This document shows positions 36,868 through 45,508 of a DNA stretch of 64,000 nucleotides, piece after piece (the first letter of the stretch is position 1; each line of letters opens with the position of its first letter). The stretch lies in the IMG/VR virus record IMGVR_UViG_3300047550_004845, positions 7,906 through 71,905 of that record. One strand, 5' to 3'. Source of the DNA: a virus. The translations under genes and the position numbers were made by a program. The notes beneath the pieces are model-generated. The model saw only the letters and a program-made list of their open reading frames with translations, did not search any database and was not told the origin of the DNA.

Positions 36868-36890
36868 GGTTTATGTGTTATCGCCTCCTC

Positions 36891-36912
36891 CTTTAAACCC
36901 TTTTGTTTAAAT
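36891..36912. promoter_or_regulatory. Back-to-back GTTTAAA motifs in a divergent intergenic region
   Basis: Minus GTTTAAAG 36891-36898; plus GTTTAAAT 36905-36912. Confidence 0.7.
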
Positions 36913-36925
36913 CTAGTATAGAACA

Positions 36926-37327
36926 ATGCCCTGTATGGCCGTAAATAGCAACCCGTACGAAGCTTGGCAAAAACTCAGGCAGAATTCGGATTATAGATCT
37001 ACTGACACCCAAGTAAATTCTGTAGTGCGCCAACAATTATCCCAGGATGATTACCTACGGACTTCTAACAGAGTTAACTCCGGACCGAACTACGTAAAAC
37101 GGAAGAGTATGGCAAATGATTCAGCGCAGGCGCCTCACGTCCTAGCCCCAGAGGATCTGTGGGGGTTTCAGAATTGGGCCAATAGCGTATCTTCCTCACA
37201 GTCAAATCTGGCCACGGGACTGAGGGAGGAGAATAGTCAGTACGATGTTCCGGGCGTATCCTACTCGCCTGGATACAGGGTTGGTGGCGCGACCGGATGC
37301 GACTCTTGCAGGCGGAGGAGGTACTGA
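36926..37327 (+). CDS. Hypothetical protein
   Basis: 133-aa ORF (alternative ATG 36935) ending GCDSCRRRRY. Confidence 0.7.
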   Translation: MPCMAVNSNPYEAWQKLRQNSDYRSTDTQVNSVVRQQLSQDDYLRTSNRVNSGPNYVKRKSMANDSAQAPHVLAPEDLWGFQNWANSVSSSQSNLATGLREENSQYDVPGVSYSPGYRVGGATGCDSCRRRRY

Positions 37328-37527
37328 TGAGCAGCAGACGTAGGGTCCCCGAGCAAAGCGGAAAGGCGCAGAGAACTCCAGAGCCGGAGTCATCCGGGGA
37401 GGAGTCACTATCTCCACCGACCGGGGTAGTTTTTCTCGGCGAGGAGGATAAGAGAATCCTCAGGAAGTTCAATCAACATATCGTTAAGAAGCTGGGGATA
37501 TCGGGAAATAGGTCCTTTAGGATATGA
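37327..37527 (+). CDS. Hypothetical protein
   Basis: TGATG-coupled 66-aa ORF. Confidence 0.55.
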   Translation: MSSRRRVPEQSGKAQRTPEPESSGEESLSPPTGVVFLGEEDKRILRKFNQHIVKKLGISGNRSFRI

Positions 37528-37559
37528 TAGGATAGTATGACCTAGACCAGGCGCGACCC

Positions 37560-37970
37560 ATGAAACCAGAGTTGATCCAAGCGTATATGGACATAGCGGA
37601 AAGATTCGCTCTGGTCTCTAAGTGCAATAGGTTGAAGGTTGGGGCTATAATCGTAAAAAACGGGAGTATCCTAGCCCACGGATGGAACGGAACCCCAAGC
37701 GGGTACAGAACTAACTGCTGTGAGGACGAGAGTGGAGTGACGTCCCCGTTTGTCCTTCACGCCGAGCAGAACGTTCTGGTGAAGATGGCAAAATCCACCG
37801 AATCGATCGAGGGGGCGGAACTATTCTGTACCCACTCCCCATGCTCCGAGTGCTCTAAGCTCCTAGCGCAGAGCGGGATAAAAAAAGTCTACTATAAGCA
37901 TAAGTACAGGATAACTGACGGGATCGAGGTTCTTAACGCTCTCGGCGTGGAGACTCAAGAGGTCCTATGA
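37560..37970 (+). CDS. dCMP deaminase
   Basis: SKCNRLKVGAIIVK, GWNGTPSG, HAEQN, THSPCSECSK. Confidence 0.95.
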   Translation: MKPELIQAYMDIAERFALVSKCNRLKVGAIIVKNGSILAHGWNGTPSGYRTNCCEDESGVTSPFVLHAEQNVLVKMAKSTESIEGAELFCTHSPCSECSKLLAQSGIKKVYYKHKYRITDGIEVLNALGVETQEVL

Positions 37971-38329
37971 ACTTCAACACGGAGCAGGAGAAGGAGAGAC
38001 TGAAGCAATCCTTCCTAAACACGGAGAATCTTAGCGAGACCTTGGAGTACTTGGAGCAGGTGCTCATCCATCGAACCCCATTCGCGCTGTACATTGCCAC
38101 AGCGGATAAGACAAACTGCCTCTGGTTATTCGACAAGGACACCGTGTGCCAGATGATAGGAGGCGTGGATAAGTACGACCAGGTTCGGGCGGAGATGCTT
38201 CCGACCGAGGAGGACAAGTCCAGCAGCGTACTCTTCTTCATACTGAGAAAAGTCGGACCGCTGTACTCGATCCGACTCGGTATAGATCTTATCGAGGAGA
38301 TAATATCAGAACTATACGAATATATCTAA
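37967..38329 (+). CDS. Hypothetical protein
   Basis: ATGA-coupled 120-aa ORF. Confidence 0.7.
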   Translation: MNFNTEQEKERLKQSFLNTENLSETLEYLEQVLIHRTPFALYIATADKTNCLWLFDKDTVCQMIGGVDKYDQVRAEMLPTEEDKSSSVLFFILRKVGPLYSIRLGIDLIEEIISELYEYI

Positions 38330-39193
38330 GGTTTTGAGCGCCGAGATAATCTCATTGATCTTTTTCGCGAGTATAGCATTAACGTTCTTTTTGAATGGTT
38401 TGGATACCACTGTCTTATTTGTAGGCACAACGGACATCTTAGTCGCAGCCTGGGCCGGATCGGTGTCGAAAGACACCACCTGGAACTCCACGTCGACTCC
38501 AGAGTTATCCTCGGCCACAAATATATCCCCGACTGCGAGCTGGGTGGATAGGGTTGTACCGACTCCGGTAACATTACCGCCACTGATGCTGATAACTCCG
38601 GAGTAGTACAGCGAGTTCTGCGGAAGTTGCAGGGCGCTTACGGCCTCCGGGTCTATCTTGACCACCGCCTTCTCAAGTACCGTGACTCTTGCCGATAGGG
38701 TCTGGATCTCGGTGTCTTGGGAACTGTTCTTATCAAGAAGTTCGCTCTGTACAACACTTAACTCTTGGATCTTCTCCTGCTCGCTTGAGATATTACTCTG
38801 CAGATTCTCCCCAAGCGAGTTTACATCATCCTCAAGGAGCTGAAAGGCCGTCTCAAGATTCGAGATAGAGACGGACGTCGCTTCTGATAGGGCTGACTGG
38901 GCCGAAGCGATAGCCGTGGTGAAGATCCTGAGGTCCCTGATCTTGGCGTAGGTTCTGTCACCGTATCTTACATTGATGGCCCCCATCTCGGTGGTTGGAT
39001 CCACCACCTCCACTAGACTTATGCCCAATTTTAATCCACTTTTAACCCCACTGCCATCCTCGACAAAGATGGTCCCTTCCGTGGTAAGTCCGTCTTGGGA
39101 GAGTACCTCCCCAGTCGTCGATACCTCCTGCCTGGAGATGTTAAGCAATCCCCCAGCATAATCCTCTATAAAACGCGAGCGTAGATCAGCCAT
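38312..39193 (-). CDS. Probable virion fibre protein (coiled coil plus beta domain)
   Basis: VTGVGTTLSTQLAVGD resembles the sheath insert VTGTNTSFQTELAAGD. Confidence 0.65.
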   Translation of the reverse strand: MADLRSRFIEDYAGGLLNISRQEVSTTGEVLSQDGLTTEGTIFVEDGSGVKSGLKLGISLVEVVDPTTEMGAINVRYGDRTYAKIRDLRIFTTAIASAQSALSEATSVSISNLETAFQLLEDDVNSLGENLQSNISSEQEKIQELSVVQSELLDKNSSQDTEIQTLSARVTVLEKAVVKIDPEAVSALQLPQNSLYYSGVISISGGNVTGVGTTLSTQLAVGDIFVAEDNSGVDVEFQVVSFDTDPAQAATKMSVVPTNKTVVSKPFKKNVNAILAKKINEIISALKTLDIFV

Positions 39194-40001
39194 AGTATTC
39201 TTTAATCAGTGATTCTTCGAGGTTGGTTGTGAAAAATGCGTACATCTGCGGAGGTACGACAGAGGTCGGTGGGGGATTGTCCCACAGTACAAGCCAGTTA
39301 TTGCATAGTAGCATCCTTATCTTGGAAGCCACTCTCCTATTCCCCCAGTCGATCTCGTTCCCCCTAAGATCCACAATGGTCTCGTAGTTTTTTCTGAACA
39401 TGGAGAACTTGGAATTCGACGATGAGGTATGCACTGGTCTGAAGTCCCTGAGAAGACGTTCCTGAAGCACCGAAGATAGACCGCAGTTTCTCGCGATCAG
39501 AGCTTTAACGGACCTATTGTTACCCAGATTAATCACCTCAAGTCCTTGACACCCGGAGACATTTAGCACCTCGAGTTGAGGCGCGTCGTGGACAAACACG
39601 GCCCTCAAACTCCTATTCCCCTCAAGATTCAGGTACTTGAGTGACGGCCGCGGAAGATTGAAGTTAACGTGGACTAGGTCGTTCTTCTGCAAGTTTACGC
39701 GTTCTATCCGGGGGTCAACTAGATTCCCTGAGGAAGGATCGATCCAGTGATCCTCCCAGGTTAGCACTCCTTGGTTTGTGAATTTCAACTCACGTATAGG
39801 ATTACTATACTCGGAGTCAATACGCACATCGAGCACGTACGAGTCGACCATACTCTTGTACAACTTCGCCGAGTTATTCAAGTAGATGCCATCCGGATCC
39901 GGCATATGAATGTAATTGAAATTCTCAAGGGACCTCAGACCGAAGGAGAGGGTTTTACTCTCTCTTCGTGAGACCTTGAAGAAGGATCGCAGTTCTCTCA
40001 T
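39186..40001 (-). CDS. Leucine-rich-repeat protein
   Basis: LKYLNLEGN, LEVLNVSGC, LEVINLGNN, VKALIARNC, VDLRGN. Confidence 0.75.
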   Translation of the reverse strand: MRELRSFFKVSRRESKTLSFGLRSLENFNYIHMPDPDGIYLNNSAKLYKSMVDSYVLDVRIDSEYSNPIRELKFTNQGVLTWEDHWIDPSSGNLVDPRIERVNLQKNDLVHVNFNLPRPSLKYLNLEGNRSLRAVFVHDAPQLEVLNVSGCQGLEVINLGNNRSVKALIARNCGLSSVLQERLLRDFRPVHTSSSNSKFSMFRKNYETIVDLRGNEIDWGNRRVASKIRMLLCNNWLVLWDNPPPTSVVPPQMYAFFTTNLEESLIKEYYG

Positions 40002-43000
40002 CTTTTCAACCTCCCGCCCGCTGTGGTCCTAGGGCAAAAATCGAGAACATACCTACCATCAAACGGAGTCGAGAATCTCTTGCATTTCAAGATATTCATA
40101 CACATCTGGTACTCAAATGGGGAGCTAAGTGTCGCGCAGTTGAACTCGGCGTCCTTTTCCAACCCGGACTTGATACCCTCCGTGATTCCGAACTCAGTGT
40201 TATTGTACTCGCTCACTTCGCCTCCTCCCCGTTCAAATACCAGCGGAGGTGAGAACACTCCGGAGACTAACGGTTCGCCCCTATTTCCGAATCCGGAGAT
40301 ACTCCCCTCCAGCAACCTGGTGTACGCCGGAGGAGTCTTGTACTGGGAGGTGGCTACTAGGGCCTTAGATGGTTTCTTGTCAGGTGCCGTGCCAAGGGGT
40401 CTGTCGATGGATACGGTCGATGGAAGAACTCCAGGAATCGACTTGTACTCCTCGGGGTACGTGGATTTGTTGAGGTTGGGAACGCACCTATCGGCAACTT
40501 TGTCGTAGAGTTCTTCGCAGTTACTTCCTCCGAACCTCTTGCAGGATGTTACTGGATCGAAGGCTTTAAGTAGCTCACTGGGTACCTGGAGAGGAGAGAA
40601 CTGCTCCGGTGAGAGGTTCTCCTCGTCTACGTATACCCGAGGGACCTTATACTCAAGTGGTTGGAGGCTAGTGTCCATGGGCGGAGTCTCGTAGTCAGAG
40701 GCCGGTTGCCACGAGATGCCTTCTCTGACGGGATTGGTCAGTTCGTAAGTCTCATTGACCTGGTCGATTTGATTGATTAACTTATTCTCCTCGGTGAACT
40801 TGATGAACCTATTGATAAGGCTGGAAGGAAGACTCGACTGGATCAAGTATTCCTGCCCGGAGACAGCGTTCTGGGAGAAGAGCGCCTCGTACTGCTCTGG
40901 AGTTATCGAGTTGATAACTGGGATTCGGTTGGGGAGTCTGGAATTACCTATACCTGGAGACTCGAGTATGGGAGCGTTACCGGCAAAACTTTTAGCCTCA
41001 AGCACCCTCTCATCAGTCGGGGAGGACAGTATCTTAGACACCGTGGAACTGAGAGTCTCGTAGGTCTTATTCTGCGCATTTAGTAGCGCCTGGAACTTAT
41101 CATCCGTTTCCTGTGTGTATGTGTAGTCCAAGTTTGACTCAAAGATGATATTGATCACCTCTATCACGTCTTTAACCCTCTCCAGTCCCTCCATCAGCGG
41201 GAAGATACCCAGAGGCGACGCGGTTCTCTCTAGTTCGAAGTTATTGAGCTGGGACGAGTTTCTGTAGTACCCGAGCTTTATACTCAGTCCGGTTATATTC
41301 GCGTACTGTAGGAACCTGGTGAAATTACCGCCATTGAATCCGTCTAGCATCTGCCCGAGAGGCGTATTGGGAGAGGAGATATTCAGAGCGTAGAGTAGTT
41401 CCTTCGGGGTAAGTCCCACGGATTTATCGTACAGACCCTCGACAATCTCTCTCGAAGAGATGTTACCGAGGTTTGATCCGATCAACTGTGTCCATTGTTT
41501 CAGGGCGATAGGCACCACTTGGTCTGCTTGAGTGTACGTGAGATCGGGAGAACTGAACGGATCCGCGTAGTTCCCTCTAATCACCTGGTCGATCACTGGC
41601 TGTAGCAGTTCAACGTCCTCCTTCGACTTGATTATGTTATCCTGCCCTGACTGAAGAAGGTACGTGATCGAATCGAGTAGAGTGAGGTCATTTTTCCCGA
41701 GTATCTCAGTGAATTTGACTAACTGCCCCGGATCCACCGCGTACGTAAGTCCTATGAGTAACCCTATAAGCCGAGGGTAACGGTCTGTCTGGAAGTAGGT
41801 GGTGTTCGATTTACTGATTTGCGCGATCGAGAGAATATTCAGCAGCCCATCGATAGCCGATGTGGAGTACAGGAAGGAGAGGTAGGCCTCTATTCCCTTA
41901 TCTCCGGCCAACTCGTAGATAAGTTGGGACAACTCGAACCCTTTGAAAAACGATTTTATATCCGCGGAGTCGGATAGTGGCGCGAATGTAGAGATCAATC
42001 CTTGAAAATCACCCACCTCCAAGAGGGAATTCACTTCGGAGTCCTTGAATCCCAGCGATCTCAAGAAGTTAATGATAACTGGATTCTGAGACTGAAATGA
42101 TTTGTTGGATACGTTTGGAACGTAGGAGAATGATGATATGCTTAGCTTTCTTATGATGTCAATAGTGTTCTCTACCTGTTCTTTTATCAAGGAGGAGATT
42201 CTCAACATGAACTCCAATGGGCCTCCTGGGAGTCGCGAGTAGACGAATGTCCGAGAGAGTTTAGAGTAGGTGCTGAGCAGGAGTCTTACACCTCCCGATA
42301 GTCCTGGTCCCATGGAAGTTTCCAACTCGCCCATGTACGTGCTCGGAGGAAAAACTCTCTGCAATTCGTCAAGCTGTGGTTTCATAGACCCGAGACCCTC
42401 GTGGCCTTTGAGTCTTCCATTCTTATCCAAGGACTTCAACGTGGCCTGCGTGAGATCTCCCACGTGAAGGCATGCACGATACAAGGCTTCTATCCCAGAG
42501 AGAAGTAAGTCGATCTCGGGTGCTGGAGTGTAACTCTTCTTCTTGACACTAGGAACGTACCTATCTGCGATCCCATCCACAAATTGAGCGTAGACCGGAT
42601 TGTAAACCACTGGTTTGGTGGAGATGTCCACCGTAGCAGGGACCTTCTGGTTGTGGGTGAATGATCTGAGTCCCAGGAAACCCTTCAGAAAACCCAGTCC
42701 TGGAATCCTATCAGTCGTTGTTCTCGAAGCGAAGAGAAGATCGAACTTCCCGAAAGCCGTCTGGTTGTTGATAATTTCAAATACATCTCCCTCGTTCCTG
42801 CCGTAAGCGCACGCCAACAGGTACTCTGAGTACCTGGTTATGTACTCCACCCCACCGACTACTGATCCCTCGTGAGATCCGAAGTAGTCCCCCAGTACTT
42901 TGAGGCGTCTAATAGAGTCCAGTAGAGCCTTACCCTCGCCACCAAATGTTACGCCAAGTAGGTCCTTATCGATCGACTCGTCTGGAGAGTACTCGTGGAT

Positions 43001-43855
43001 CTTAGAGTCGGATGATATCTCGTTTACGTCAAATCCATTCTCAAGAAACCCAGCGTAGTACCGCTCGATATTTCTTTCAAAAGACTCCTTGAATCGATCT
43101 AGGTTGTTAAGTCGTTTGGAGACGTGCTTCGTCCACTGTTCAGGCTTGAATACCTCTCTTGAGGGCGAGGAAACGCCTGGGACTAATTTGTACAGTTCTT
43201 CCTCGTAGATGATCAGGTCATTGTAGTCTATATCTACTCGGTATAGATGCCTTCCTATCCGACTCGCAACTCGATTGTAGCTAAGAGGCGAGTACGATGT
43301 GGGATCCGACAACTGCTTGAATGTCTCCCAGTACCTCTCCGGGGGGAAAAGCGTGTACACTTTCCTGGTGATCGTATCCGTCTGCTTAGGGGACAGATAG
43401 ACCTTCTCCTCGGAGTACTGGTACTCCGCTGGAAGTTGTAGTATATCAAAAACTGACGACGCCGAAAACGAACGTAGGTCCAGAACCGCGTTCTTTATCA
43501 GGTTACCGTAATCCTTAAGGTCCCTGAGAAGGTCAATATGTTCTCCGGGTAACTCTACTACACTGGACTGTACCACCGAGAGAATAGAGTCGAAGAGTTC
43601 CGTGGGATAGGGTTTACCGATCCCAACAACGAATAGAGCCTCCAGCACAATTGCTCTGAACGGATCGAGAGTTACGGTACTAGACGTCTGTACTCTCTCC
43701 AGTATAGAGAGAAGGAGTTTGCTTACGACACGCTTCAGCTCGTCTCTCTGGATATCAGTGTTGAACCGGCCGTGTTCCCTCTCGTACATGGAGAACCCTT
43801 GGGAAATGATCGACGGTACCCTGGGTCCTAGGGTATCTATCAAGGACGGACTCAT
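39998..43855 (-). CDS. Large hypothetical protein (1285 aa)
   Basis: Long ORF with no recognisable catalytic motif, Cys-rich C-terminus, preceded by GTTTAAAG. Confidence 0.8.
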   Translation of the reverse strand: MSPSLIDTLGPRVPSIISQGFSMYEREHGRFNTDIQRDELKRVVSKLLLSILERVQTSSTVTLDPFRAIVLEALFVVGIGKPYPTELFDSILSVVQSSVVELPGEHIDLLRDLKDYGNLIKNAVLDLRSFSASSVFDILQLPAEYQYSEEKVYLSPKQTDTITRKVYTLFPPERYWETFKQLSDPTSYSPLSYNRVASRIGRHLYRVDIDYNDLIIYEEELYKLVPGVSSPSREVFKPEQWTKHVSKRLNNLDRFKESFERNIERYYAGFLENGFDVNEISSDSKIHEYSPDESIDKDLLGVTFGGEGKALLDSIRRLKVLGDYFGSHEGSVVGGVEYITRYSEYLLACAYGRNEGDVFEIINNQTAFGKFDLLFASRTTTDRIPGLGFLKGFLGLRSFTHNQKVPATVDISTKPVVYNPVYAQFVDGIADRYVPSVKKKSYTPAPEIDLLLSGIEALYRACLHVGDLTQATLKSLDKNGRLKGHEGLGSMKPQLDELQRVFPPSTYMGELETSMGPGLSGGVRLLLSTYSKLSRTFVYSRLPGGPLEFMLRISSLIKEQVENTIDIIRKLSISSFSYVPNVSNKSFQSQNPVIINFLRSLGFKDSEVNSLLEVGDFQGLISTFAPLSDSADIKSFFKGFELSQLIYELAGDKGIEAYLSFLYSTSAIDGLLNILSIAQISKSNTTYFQTDRYPRLIGLLIGLTYAVDPGQLVKFTEILGKNDLTLLDSITYLLQSGQDNIIKSKEDVELLQPVIDQVIRGNYADPFSSPDLTYTQADQVVPIALKQWTQLIGSNLGNISSREIVEGLYDKSVGLTPKELLYALNISSPNTPLGQMLDGFNGGNFTRFLQYANITGLSIKLGYYRNSSQLNNFELERTASPLGIFPLMEGLERVKDVIEVINIIFESNLDYTYTQETDDKFQALLNAQNKTYETLSSTVSKILSSPTDERVLEAKSFAGNAPILESPGIGNSRLPNRIPVINSITPEQYEALFSQNAVSGQEYLIQSSLPSSLINRFIKFTEENKLINQIDQVNETYELTNPVREGISWQPASDYETPPMDTSLQPLEYKVPRVYVDEENLSPEQFSPLQVPSELLKAFDPVTSCKRFGGSNCEELYDKVADRCVPNLNKSTYPEEYKSIPGVLPSTVSIDRPLGTAPDKKPSKALVATSQYKTPPAYTRLLEGSISGFGNRGEPLVSGVFSPPLVFERGGGEVSEYNNTEFGITEGIKSGLEKDAEFNCATLSSPFEYQMCMNILKCKRFSTPFDGRYVLDFCPRTTAGGRLKR

Positions 43856-43877
43856 CTATCGTGTTCGTTTCCCTAAA

Positions 43878-43898
43878 CTTTAAACTTTAAGTTTAAAG
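43878..43898. promoter_or_regulatory. Back-to-back GTTTAAAG motifs in a divergent intergenic region
   Basis: Minus 43878-43885 and plus 43891-43898, each 23 nt from its ATG. Confidence 0.75.
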
Positions 43899-43920
43899 CT
43901 ATTGGACTTACGATGATAAG

Positions 43921-44370
43921 ATGCAATCTAAGATCTCCGTGCTGCTTCTGAAGGCTAGAAATATCGACGAGATGTCTGATATGAACAAGATGGCCGTGCA
44001 TTTAGAGCAGATTCTCACGGAAAAAGACGGAGTGGATCTCAAGGTTAGGCAAGGACTAACCGACCCATCCATCAAATCCTCGGACTTTATTGTCTTCTGC
44101 GGATTCGACTCCGGAATCCTCGGTGAGTTTTTCAAAGCCGTTAGTGTTGTGGAGTCGATGGATGGTAAGGAGGGACCCGTACTCTTTATCTACGATGAGC
44201 CGGGTAACTCGATCTACCAGCATATCGACCGCATCTTCACGGATGGCATGGATCTGGACCGGATGGATCCTAAGATCTTTGACAAAGTCATCGATACTAA
44301 CACTTACCGTGATATAATTGGGTATATAGATGTCTCTCTGAGAAGACTTGGAAATCCAGCAGTTAGTTAG
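43921..44370 (+). CDS. Degenerate LOG/SLOG-fold protein
   Basis: SSDFIVFCGFDSGILGEFF...GPVLFIYD aligns with LOG ADGFI.MPGGFGTYEELF...KPIGLYN. Confidence 0.55.
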   Translation: MQSKISVLLLKARNIDEMSDMNKMAVHLEQILTEKDGVDLKVRQGLTDPSIKSSDFIVFCGFDSGILGEFFKAVSVVESMDGKEGPVLFIYDEPGNSIYQHIDRIFTDGMDLDRMDPKIFDKVIDTNTYRDIIGYIDVSLRRLGNPAVS

Positions 44371-45325
44371 TACGGCCTCTGAACTCAAGGACCACCCGGC
44401 GTATCAGGCGATTCTAGATAGGCTCATAGAGCACGATCGTTGGAAGACCGAAGCCACGTTCGCCCACCAACTAAGACTCGAGGAGATGAGGCATTCTTAC
44501 TCCGGGACCAGAAAGTACGCTTCTGTCAGGTCCGACTCGGGGTTCTCCGAGGAAGATCGAAAGTTCAACTCCTTGAGCTCGTACGGTGCCTGCACTGATA
44601 AGCAACTAGGACTTATCTCAAAGACTAAAGTGTGGGAGGGCGCCAATGAGCGCGCCTCCAAACTCTTCGAGAGCTGGTACTCTCACATCCAGGACAACAA
44701 TCTTGTCCCCCTCAAGGATCTCAAGGAGGGGCGGATCAAAGCTCTTCTGCTAGCGTTCCTATGGGCCTCTGGCTGCGCTCACAGGGTTACCAAGTGGCCT
44801 GACGCTGGGGACGCCCATTTCGTCGACTCTATGAAAAAGGAATTGGTGGACAGATTCTCTAAGTTCAGCAAACACAGTATCGTTGCCGCGTACGAGTCCC
44901 TAAAGGTGTTCTGGAAAGAGATCAATGACTACGAGCAGTGCTCCTTCAACTCCTCGCTTATTGCCGACATTCTCGACAATGCCTACCAGTACGTTTCGGA
45001 GAAGACCACCGAGGAAAGCAATTATGATGTAAAGAACTCTCCTCTATTTTCCGAATTCGAGAAAGTGTTCCCGTACGTTCCATTGGAGACACTCGAGAGG
45101 TACTACGTTAAAAACCGTAAGAACTTTGTCGCGGCGGGAGTCGGAGCACTCAGGAAAGTTTTCACGGGCAGACTTCCGGAAGAACTTGAGCATAGGTACT
45201 CGACGGCGGAATGGCCTAAAAAATGGCATCTTCACATCGCCTCATTCGAGGAGAAGTGGCAGCAACAACTCTACAACATCGTAAACTCTACTCGCGAGGA
45301 GCAGGAAAAATGGAAAAAGGAGTGA
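44348..45325 (+). CDS. Hypothetical protein
   Basis: 325-aa helical ORF. Confidence 0.75.
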   Translation: MEIQQLVSTASELKDHPAYQAILDRLIEHDRWKTEATFAHQLRLEEMRHSYSGTRKYASVRSDSGFSEEDRKFNSLSSYGACTDKQLGLISKTKVWEGANERASKLFESWYSHIQDNNLVPLKDLKEGRIKALLLAFLWASGCAHRVTKWPDAGDAHFVDSMKKELVDRFSKFSKHSIVAAYESLKVFWKEINDYEQCSFNSSLIADILDNAYQYVSEKTTEESNYDVKNSPLFSEFEKVFPYVPLETLERYYVKNRKNFVAAGVGALRKVFTGRLPEELEHRYSTAEWPKKWHLHIASFEEKWQQQLYNIVNSTREEQEKWKKE

Positions 45326-45504
45326 ACATTCTGACTATCGGACAGAACGTCATCGTCGACGGAGCCGAGGAGGCGATAGCGAGATACGAGCGCGGTGAGA
45401 TCTCACCTGAGGAATTACGCGAGATAATCCTCGAGCTGGACACCGTCTATATCGATAAGTCTAAGTTTAAAGATACAGAAGATGATAAATCCTTGAGTAG
45501 GTAG
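45310..45504 (+). CDS. Small hypothetical protein (SHOCT-like RYERGEISPEE)
   Basis: ATG at 45310; contains the GTTTAAAG (45465) serving the portal gene. Confidence 0.55.
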   Translation: MEKGVNILTIGQNVIVDGAEEAIARYERGEISPEELREIILELDTVYIDKSKFKDTEDDKSLSR

Positions 45505-45508
45505 GGGA

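Noticed and set aside
39998-43855. Virion RNA polymerase or tape measure identity for the 1285-aa protein
   Set aside because: No DxDGD or T7-type polymerase motifs and no clear tape-measure periodicity seen.
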